Virus record (IMG/VR): IMGVR_UViG_3300037264_007252
Strand: one strand, 5' to 3'
DNA: 14,077 nucleotides
From: a virus
Shown here: positions 7,622 to 13,451 of the stretch, one piece after another
Numbering within the stretch: position 1 is the first letter of the stretch
Layout: every line of letters begins with the position of its first letter
Notes under the pieces: generated by a model
What the model saw: only the letters and a program-made list of their open reading frames with translations
What the model was told of the DNA's origin: nothing
Databases searched by the model: none
Made by a program: the position numbers and the translations under genes

Positions 7622-8409
7622 TGGACGAGACTCGCGCAGCACAAGTCGCAGACGCGATCGCCTGGTTGGAACTAACCGGGCGTGTCACGCACGTGCCCGT
7701 CACACGTCTCACCCGGCGGCTGCGTGAAGGCGACGAAGCTCTCATCGACGCCATGTTGGCGCTACTCACCATCCCAGGGCGTCCCGGTGAACGTCTGGAG
7801 GTCTTACGCGATTTCCTGATCACGCAAGAGTTGGGCGAGCCCGAGGAATTACGTAGCAGCAGCGACTGGACCTCGTCGCCGTCACCGTTCAACGTCCCCG
7901 AGTGGGCACTACTCCCCTGGCTCGGGAAGGACATCAAGCGGCTACGCATCCGCCAGTTCTACGACTGTCTGCTCGTCGGTGGCGACGGCCGGTTGCCGGG
8001 GACGACAGGGGCAACGGTGCCGATGCGGGCAGCAGGACAGTGGCGGCTGTTCGGTAACACGCACATCGGTGAGCCGCTGATGACGAACCTGCAAGTCGCC
8101 GGGCAGTTTTGCTTCGATACGATGTTCGTCGCGACGGCCTGGTGGCTGGTGACGCTCAACTCTTGGGCGAGCGCCGAGGCATTCTTCGCGCGCAGCCACG
8201 TCTCGTTCGAGGTCGGTGATCGGCCCGAAGCTGTCGTGCAGGCCCTGCCACTATTTCGCGCACACCAACCGATCTTCGTGCCGGTCCCGCACCGTCAGAA
8301 CGTCGCCGTGGTGCTCAACTTCCATGGCGATCTGCCATTGCCGAGCGCCGGACCGTCGATCCCGGTGTACGTCTACGTTGAGGGCTGGGCAGCCAAGGAC
8401 GTGCGGTGA
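7618..8409 (+). CDS. Hypothetical protein (263 aa)
   Basis: ATGA overlap start. Protein-like composition with several Trp/Phe-rich stretches. No family recognised. Confidence 0.5.
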   Translation: MMDETRAAQVADAIAWLELTGRVTHVPVTRLTRRLREGDEALIDAMLALLTIPGRPGERLEVLRDFLITQELGEPEELRSSSDWTSSPSPFNVPEWALLPWLGKDIKRLRIRQFYDCLLVGGDGRLPGTTGATVPMRAAGQWRLFGNTHIGEPLMTNLQVAGQFCFDTMFVATAWWLVTLNSWASAEAFFARSHVSFEVGDRPEAVVQALPLFRAHQPIFVPVPHRQNVAVVLNFHGDLPLPSAGPSIPVYVYVEGWAAKDVR

Positions 8410-8414
8410 CCGTC

Positions 8415-8840
8415 TCACCACCGTCTGCGGCGGGAGCGTGGCGCGTCATCTTCCTTCTGACGCCGTGCCTCCTCGTAAGCCTCGTTGCGCCGACGGTCTG
8501 CCTCGCTCTGCCAACCCTTCCCACGACAAGCGAAGCACATGGAGATCACACCCTCCTCGGCTTCGTGGGTACGTCCACGTGGCGCGATGCCGGTTCCACC
8601 GCACTTGTTGCACACCCAAAATGGTGCGTCTTCGCGCATGAGCCCAACAATGACGTGCGCGGCGTTGAACCAATTTTCGGGCACAAGCTCTACTGGCTCA
8701 CGGTAGTCTTCGTGATCCGGTCCACGATAAAGCTTGCGTGCAATTTTCTCGGCTTCAGTGTCAAATTTTTGTGACGGCAACCCAGACTGCGCACGCAGGA
8801 TTGCATAACGACGGCGTATCTCGTCGATGGAGCGGCTCAC
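8415..8840 (-). CDS. Hypothetical zinc-ribbon protein (CNKCGGTG...CFACRGKG) with a basic C-terminus; locally lower GC
   Basis: GTG start at 8840 with GCCAGGACG upstream. Protein-like composition. It converges on gene 7618..8409 with only a 5-bp gap. Confidence 0.5.
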   Translation of the reverse strand: MSRSIDEIRRRYAILRAQSGLPSQKFDTEAEKIARKLYRGPDHEDYREPVELVPENWFNAAHVIVGLMREDAPFWVCNKCGGTGIAPRGRTHEAEEGVISMCFACRGKGWQSEADRRRNEAYEEARRQKEDDAPRSRRRRW

Positions 8841-8913
8841 GGGCGTCCTGGCGTTACACGCTGACCGCGCTTGAACACGGCTACCGCTCGTCTTGTGGAT
8901 CGACGGTGGTCAC

Positions 8914-9072
8914 CTATTCACCGTAGCTGACCATCTGCCCATGGTCACAGACGATGTAGTGACGGTCACCGGAGCGATCGGTCAGCACCACAGCAGCATG
9001 ACGGCGCACTCCGTCACTGAAGCCGCCCGTCGACCACTTACCACCTTTGGCAGCTTGCGTGCGTGCACGCAT
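8914..9072 (-). CDS. Possible small hypothetical protein ('...WSTGGFSDGVRRHAAVVLTDRSGDRHYIVCDHGQMVSYGE'); the longer listed ORF runs to 9252 and would overlap gene A by 71 nt
   Basis: The C-terminal half is protein-like. Third-position GC is only moderate and the start is ambiguous. Confidence 0.25.
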   Translation of the reverse strand: MRARTQAAKGGKWSTGGFSDGVRRHAAVVLTDRSGDRHYIVCDHGQMVSYGE

Positions 9073-9181
9073 CGCGCTAGCGGGCCCTTTGCGTGCCCAC
9101 CACGTCTGGGCTTCTTGGATGGTTGGCGTCCTCGTGCACCGTTGTGGCTTCTTCACGCAGTTCTCCTTCGCGCCTTGCGTT

Positions 9182-9673
9182 TCATACGAAGCTCTTGCGG
9201 TAGAGCTTCTCGGCGCTTCGACAGTCACCGGTGAAGGCTTGCTGGACGGCAAGATGCAGCCGCCGCTCAGAGGTCATGTCACACGCCGCGCTCTTCTTGC
9301 ACGACCGGAGCTTCATAGCGATCTTGTCGTAGTTCCCGCACCTGGGTGCATGCTGGGCCGCCCGCTCGGTCATGCGTTCCCACGGCTCAGCCTCGACCTC
9401 GTCCCAGTCATCTTCATAGTCGCCAACACGACCAGAGTTTTTCGTCGCGATACGCTTGGCGGCGCGTCCAGTGCTGACGGCCAAGAACACGCCCAGGGCG
9501 ATAAGGCCGAGAGTGATCGTTGTACCGACGACCCACATCGCGACAAGCGATTCGGCCGACGGTATGCCCTCGGCGCCAAGACCGAACATCTGATTCGGAC
9601 CGCTTTCGCCGAACCCGGGCGAAGCGGTCTCGGTGCCGTGCCCGTCCATCGTCGTGTGGGTAATCGCGAGCAC
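9182..9673 (-). CDS. Small membrane protein, paralog A (N-terminus MLAITHTT-MDGHGTETASP, GFG/GLG motifs, one TM helix)
   Basis: GTG start sits inside a 56-nt block nearly identical to the 5' end of the next gene. TM helix 'LVAMWVVGTTITLGLIALGVFLAV'. Good third-position GC. Confidence 0.55.
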   Translation of the reverse strand: MLAITHTTMDGHGTETASPGFGESGPNQMFGLGAEGIPSAESLVAMWVVGTTITLGLIALGVFLAVSTGRAAKRIATKNSGRVGDYEDDWDEVEAEPWERMTERAAQHAPRCGNYDKIAMKLRSCKKSAACDMTSERRLHLAVQQAFTGDCRSAEKLYRKSFV

Positions 9674-9680
9674 GGGTTAC
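9625..9680 (-). repeat. Copy 1 of a duplicated 5' gene segment (56 nt)
   Basis: 'cggtctcggtgccgtgcccgtccatcg' plus 'tcgtgtgggtaatcgcgagcacgggttac' recurs at 10201..10227 and 10270..10298. The two blocks have 2 and 0 mismatches respectively. In copy 2 they are separated by a 42-nt in-frame insertion. Confidence 0.7.
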
Positions 9681-10291
9681 GCTTTCTTCGGCTTGCCGAA
9701 CCCTTGAGCGACAGCAATCACCGGTGTGATCACAGGAAACAGCGACCCCAGGACGAACCACCCGATCGCCCAACCTACGCTCTGGTTTCGCTTGTAGCCG
9801 TGGTACGCGGATGCCGCGCCAGACACCGTCGACAGAACGCTCCAGATGATGACTGCCGTACTACGCGTCCGTTTCGTACGTGCGGCACGCTCCAGCGCAT
9901 CCGCAACGAGGCTTGCATCACCGCCCTCGGCGATGATCGCCGCCGCGAGCTTCTTGCGCGTGCCAGCGTCGAACTGTGCCAAGAGCTTGGCGAGGTCGAA
10001 CGCGTTGACATGGTCGAACGCACCAAACTTTGTGCGCGGCGCAATTCGCGCTGCTGTCTCCTGAATCTGCTCATCCGTCAACGCCGCGCCGAGGCCCATG
10101 ATGTCCGGCTTGCCGAACCCGGGCACGTTCCACGGCACCTTCTGTACGGAGCCGCCCCCGCCCCGGACGAAGACCGTTTCGTGAGGCGTGACGGGTGAGA
10201 CGGTCTCCGTGCCGAGCCCGTCCATCGGCGTGAGGAACTCCTTCGGCGGCAGCCTGAAAACTTCGTCGGTCGTGTGGGTAATCGCGAGCAC
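9677..10291 (-). CDS. Small membrane protein, paralog B (N-terminus MLAITHTT + 14-aa insertion + MDGLGTETVSP; C-terminal double TM; GFGKP motif twice)
   Basis: Its stop TAA is followed by CCC and then the GTG start of paralog A. Its 5' region duplicates that of A. C-terminal hydrophobic segments 'AVIIWSVLSTVSGAASAY' and 'VGWAIGWFVLGSLFPVITPVIAVA'. Confidence 0.55.
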   Translation of the reverse strand: MLAITHTTDEVFRLPPKEFLTPMDGLGTETVSPVTPHETVFVRGGGGSVQKVPWNVPGFGKPDIMGLGAALTDEQIQETAARIAPRTKFGAFDHVNAFDLAKLLAQFDAGTRKKLAAAIIAEGGDASLVADALERAARTKRTRSTAVIIWSVLSTVSGAASAYHGYKRNQSVGWAIGWFVLGSLFPVITPVIAVAQGFGKPKKA

Positions 10292-10298
10292 GGGTTAC
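10201..10298 (-). repeat. Copy 2 of the duplicated 5' gene segment (27 nt + 42-nt insert + 29 nt)
   Basis: Direct comparison of the two loci on the plus strand. The matches include the stop codon, the CCC spacer and the start codon of adjacent genes. Confidence 0.7.
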
Positions 10299-10582
10299 AC
10301 TTTCCGGCCGCGTACGACGTAGCCCAAGGCGAAGCCGGACACGGCCCCGAACAGGCCGGTGATGATGACCAGGGTCGCGGTCAGGCTCTTCGAGAAGCCG
10401 GTGTCGGCGGCTTCCTGGCCGAGGCCGTGTATCGGGTAGCCCTGTTCGATCGCGTGCGTGCCGAGGCCGTGACCGTAGACGAGCACGGGCCCGTTTTCGG
10501 CCGCACGCGCAAAGCCCGCGCTGTTGGCCGTGTAGCCGTTGGCGCGGCTGGCGCCGTTCTTCACTCTGGTCGCCGTCAGCAT
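10295..10582 (-). CDS. Small membrane protein C (HGLGTHAIEQGYPIHGLG motifs, C-terminal TM helix), first gene of the minus-strand trio
   Basis: ATG start next to the divergent promoter region. Its stop is followed by CCC and then the GTG of paralog B. TM helix 'LTATLVIITGLFGAVSGFALGYVV'. Confidence 0.5.
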   Translation of the reverse strand: MLTATRVKNGASRANGYTANSAGFARAAENGPVLVYGHGLGTHAIEQGYPIHGLGQEAADTGFSKSLTATLVIITGLFGAVSGFALGYVVRGRKV

Positions 10583-10636
10583 GGACCTACTCTATCACAC
10601 CCACGATCGCTCGCGCGATCGAGTAGAATCGCCTCT
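10583..10636. promoter_or_regulatory. Divergent promoter/operator region. Each side has a TAnnnT -10-like hexamer 6-9 nt before its start codon (TAGAAT for the plus gene, TAGAGT for the minus gene), suggesting leaderless mRNAs. They flank a CGATCGC-N4-GCGATCG palindrome.
   Basis: Sequence is 'CTACTCtatcacacccaCGATCGCtcgcGCGATCGAGTAGAATcgcctctATG'. GAGTAG is present in inverted orientation on both sides. Neither start has a Shine-Dalgarno. Confidence 0.35.
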
Positions 10637-11266
10637 ATGGCCGCCCAGTTCGAGCGCAGCGTTGAGCGCTGGCGCAAGCCCCTGGAGAAGCTCGCCGACT
10701 GGGTGCCGCTCGACTTCCTGCTCGCCTGGGTCGACAAGGAATCCAACGGCCTCCCACATGTCGTCTCATCCATCGGTGAGCGCGGCCTGTTCCAGGTCCA
10801 CAAAGACGAAGTCCCGTACCTCAAGCTCTCGGAGGCCGAGTTCCAGAAGCTGACCAAGGACACGGCGCTGGCACTCAAGACCGGCGTCAAGCAGGCCAAG
10901 CTCTACGCAAACTTCTCGAAGAAGTTCCTGGCCGAGGTCAGGGTCGAGTGGCACGGCCAGGACTTCTGGAAACTGGTCAAGCTCCACCACGCTGCCTTCG
11001 CCATGCCCCGGTATACGCTGCTCGCGTTCAAGCGCGAACATGGGCGTGGTCCGGCGAGTTGGGACGAGCTGTACAAGTTCGCTACGAAGATGGCTGCGGA
11101 GAAGAAAGACCTGATCCCCGACAAGCCGAAGTTTTCGGCCCGGCTGCGGGGACTGACCGCGAAGACGTTCAAGAACGCCGACACGGTCGGCAGCGTCGTG
11201 CCTGCAATCGCTGCTACGGACTTGCCCGCGCTGAGAACCTTCTTCCGTCTTCTAGCGGTGGCGTAG
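10637..11266 (+). CDS. Lytic transglycosylase (SLT / lysozyme-like) domain protein, no signal peptide (endolysin-like or virion-associated)
   Basis: 'DKESNGLPHVVSSIGERGLFQV' fits the SLT family signature E-S-x(7-9)-S-x-x-G-A-x-G-L-M-Q, with the catalytic Glu in 'ES'. The part of listed ORF 10274..11266 upstream of 10637 is antisense to genes B and C and was rejected. Confidence 0.5.
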   Translation: MAAQFERSVERWRKPLEKLADWVPLDFLLAWVDKESNGLPHVVSSIGERGLFQVHKDEVPYLKLSEAEFQKLTKDTALALKTGVKQAKLYANFSKKFLAEVRVEWHGQDFWKLVKLHHAAFAMPRYTLLAFKREHGRGPASWDELYKFATKMAAEKKDLIPDKPKFSARLRGLTAKTFKNADTVGSVVPAIAATDLPALRTFFRLLAVA

Positions 11267-11292
11267 CCCGGTCATCGAGATCACCGAGATCC

Positions 11293-11298
11293 GATAGA
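11293..11298 (+). promoter_or_regulatory. TAGAAT -10-like hexamer 19 nt upstream of ATG 11318 (AGGAGA Shine-Dalgarno in between). The same 'GATnnnTAGAATC' context occurs upstream of the 10637 gene.
   Basis: 'gatccgaTAGAATCcgaaacAGGAGAaaccATG' compared with 'gatcgagTAGAATCgcctctATG'. Confidence 0.25.
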
Positions 11299-11317
11299 AT
11301 CCGAAACAGGAGAAACC

Positions 11318-11521
11318 ATGCCCCGCTTCAACGTCATGCTCACGATCACCGCGCCGGTGTCCACCTCGATCGAAGTCAATGCGCCGAACGCACGTACGGC
11401 CGCTGCGAAGGCCGTACAGCACGTGTTGGAGAGTCCCGACTACCGGATCCTCGACTTCGACGGCAACTCGATCGACATCCTCAAGGACGACGTCACCGTC
11501 GACGAGGTCGAACCCGCGTGA
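11318..11521 (+). CDS. Small acidic hypothetical protein (67 aa)
   Basis: ATG with a strong AGGAGA Shine-Dalgarno. High third-position GC. Its stop forms a GTGA overlap with the next gene. Confidence 0.5.
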   Translation: MPRFNVMLTITAPVSTSIEVNAPNARTAAAKAVQHVLESPDYRILDFDGNSIDILKDDVTVDEVEPA

Positions 11522-11895
11522 GCCGCGCGACCGCGATCCTGCGTGCCGTCCGGTCATGCTTGACCGACGAGCTGCGGCTACCGAAGTATCGCGGGCACCC
11601 GAACCCGCTGCGCGGGCACTGCTCCGTCGCGAGCGAGGCCGTCTACTTCCTGCTCGGCGGCAAGCACAGCGGCTGGACGCCGACGACGTTGCGTGTCGGC
11701 GACGAGGTCCACTGGTTCCTCCGACAGCATGACAGTGGTGAGATCATCGACCCGACCGCTGGGCAGTTTGCTTGCGAGCTGGACTACGGAGAAGGGCGCG
11801 GTCGGGGTTTCCCGACGCCCCGAGGTGGCGCGAAGCAGCCACCACCGTCGAAGCGCGCTGCGAAAGTCATCGCCTGCGCACGGAGGAAGCTGTGA
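11518..11895 (+). CDS. Hypothetical protein (125 aa)
   Basis: GTG 11518 forms a GTGA overlap. The part of listed ORF 10948..11895 upstream of 11518 overlaps two other genes and is Arg-rich junk. Confidence 0.45.
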   Translation: MSRATAILRAVRSCLTDELRLPKYRGHPNPLRGHCSVASEAVYFLLGGKHSGWTPTTLRVGDEVHWFLRQHDSGEIIDPTAGQFACELDYGEGRGRGFPTPRGGAKQPPPSKRAAKVIACARRKL

Positions 11896-11908
11896 AAGGA
11901 GACCGTCG

Positions 11909-12082
11909 ATGACACGCCCTCTGCTCCTCGACAAGGACACCGTTCTGGATGACCTCGACGAAGTGCTGGGCTACCTCCGACAGCTTCGCCGCGATATCGT
12001 TGCGTCCCGAGAGCTGCCCCAACACGTCTTGCGAACTGCTGTCGAAGAGGGTGTGCGGCTTCTGGAGCACGTAGGCCGGTGA
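11909..12082 (+). CDS. Small hypothetical protein (57 aa)
   Basis: ATG 11909 with an AAAGGAG Shine-Dalgarno 8 nt upstream. High third-position GC. Confidence 0.45.
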   Translation: MTRPLLLDKDTVLDDLDEVLGYLRQLRRDIVASRELPQHVLRTAVEEGVRLLEHVGR

Positions 12083-12636
12083 CTCCAAACCGCACAAAGC
12101 CACTTGGCCTCGCCGTACCCGCGTGGTGGCGTCGTCCATCACCACGTCCGTCCGAGCACGCCATGTGCTACCGGCGCAAGGCCGACGCGCTCAACGTCTT
12201 CAAGGACTACAACCATCACGTGACTGAGAACTGGGGCGGCCTCTTGCAGCCGGACTCGACAGGCGCGACGTTCGACGCGATCAACGAGCGGTACGGACTA
12301 CGCGGCAAGAAGAAGGTCAAGTCCTTCGCCGAGGCGTACTGGGTTGCGATGCCACCGAACCCGCCCTACTGCCTGGACCGGATCGACATCAAGACGCTGA
12401 ACGAACTCCCGCCCGCGCAGGAGCACGGCGGCTTTCGTCTCCCCGACTACGTCTACGATGAGATCGCGAAACGTGAAGAGGCGCGATACTACCGCGAGCA
12501 GCTCTCACGGCGCGTGAAGCGTGAGCTTCGACGCGGACTGCATGACGCGGCAGGCTCGCGTGTCGTCGACGTCGCGCTTGTTGCAATGGGCCTCGGCGGC
12601 CTCGCGCTTGCCGTCTGGGCTGCACGAAGGAAGTAA
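12079..12636 (+). CDS. Hypothetical protein with a C-terminal TM anchor (VVDVALVAMGLGGLALAVWAA)
   Basis: GTG 12079 forms a GTGA overlap. Protein-like composition. The start is uncertain; alternative in-frame Met codons lie downstream. Confidence 0.45.
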   Translation: MTPNRTKPLGLAVPAWWRRPSPRPSEHAMCYRRKADALNVFKDYNHHVTENWGGLLQPDSTGATFDAINERYGLRGKKKVKSFAEAYWVAMPPNPPYCLDRIDIKTLNELPPAQEHGGFRLPDYVYDEIAKREEARYYREQLSRRVKRELRRGLHDAAGSRVVDVALVAMGLGGLALAVWAARRK

Positions 12637-12688
12637 GAACGCAGCGGTGATACACTCGATTCCACCGAACGAAAAGGAAGGTGAAGTG

Positions 12689-12943
12689 ATGACACGCAAG
12701 TCCAAGTCCAAGTCCAAGCCCTCCTACTGGGGCGTCTACGCCGACGGTAGGGCAGCGACAGGAAGCACCAACAAGAAACGAGAAGCTCAGGCGCTCGCTG
12801 CGCTGATCTCGATGCGTGGCATCGGTGTTGGCCGCAAGGTCTGCATCATGCAGCGCAGCAGCAGCGGCGACAAGCCGACGGGGGAGTGCTTCGAGAAGGG
12901 AATCCTCTACAAAGACGGCAAAGCGCGGCCGTCGCCGTTCTAG
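12689..12943 (+). CDS. Small basic hypothetical protein (84 aa; N-terminal KSKSKSK)
   Basis: ATG 12689 with an AAGGAAGGTGA Shine-Dalgarno. The upstream part of listed ORF 12521..12943 overlaps the previous gene and was rejected. Confidence 0.5.
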   Translation: MTRKSKSKSKPSYWGVYADGRAATGSTNKKREAQALAALISMRGIGVGRKVCIMQRSSSGDKPTGECFEKGILYKDGKARPSPF

Positions 12944-12958
12944 CGGCGGTGGCCTTCG

Positions 12959-13222
12959 ATGACGTCAAACAACCTCAAGGATCGCCTAGCTGACTACGAC
13001 GGCGAGGTGTTGCTAGCCGACGGCTTCGACGATGCCTTCCTCGGTCTCGGCGACCGTTGCGGCCAGCCGACAGTCGCTGTCTACGATCGTGAAGCGTGTC
13101 TCGGAGTCCTCATGCAACGCGACGGTATGTCGCACGAAGACGCCGAAGAGTTTTTCGACTTCAACGTCGCTGGTGCATGGGTCGGGGAAGGCACACCGAT
13201 CTACCTCACACGGATCCCATAG
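12959..13222 (+). CDS. Small acidic hypothetical protein (87 aa)
   Basis: ATG with a GGCGGTGG Shine-Dalgarno. High third-position GC. Confidence 0.5.
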   Translation: MTSNNLKDRLADYDGEVLLADGFDDAFLGLGDRCGQPTVAVYDREACLGVLMQRDGMSHEDAEEFFDFNVAGAWVGEGTPIYLTRIP

Positions 13223-13267
13223 TACGGCTACGTGGCTCATACGTGGCGCATCAACCGACGAGGGAAA

Positions 13268-13450
13268 ATGCGTAACAAATATCTTGTGGTAGTTGGTCCA
13301 GGGGGCACCGTGTGGTCGCAACATCGCAGCAAAAAGGCCGCTGACAAAGGGGTCGAACGATGCCTAGCGGACCACAAACGCAACGCACCCCGAGCAAAGA
13401 TCACCTGCAAGGTGATGACGTTTACGCAATACACGAAGAGGAGTCTCTGA
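13268..13450 (+). CDS. Small basic hypothetical protein (60 aa) with lower GC; alternative GTG start at 13232
   Basis: A GAGGGAAA Shine-Dalgarno lies immediately upstream of ATG 13268. Third-position GC is clearly lower than in neighbouring genes. Confidence 0.3.
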   Translation: MRNKYLVVVGPGGTVWSQHRSKKAADKGVERCLADHKRNAPRAKITCKVMTFTQYTKRSL

Positions 13451-13451
13451 C

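Noticed and set aside
8406-8774. 122-aa plus-strand ORF
   Set aside because: Antisense to the more protein-like minus gene 8415..8840, and the translation is hydrophobic and low-complexity.
10274-10636. N-terminal extension of the SLT ORF, and similarly the 10948..11517 portion of ORF 10948..11895
   Set aside because: These extensions lie antisense to, or overlap, well-supported genes and translate to Gly/Arg/Ala-rich low complexity. Real starts with start-codon context are at 10637 and 11518.
13232-13254. Direct repeat TACGTGGC x2 upstream of the 13268 gene
   Set aside because: Only 8 bp, within a possible alternative GTG-start coding region. Likely chance.
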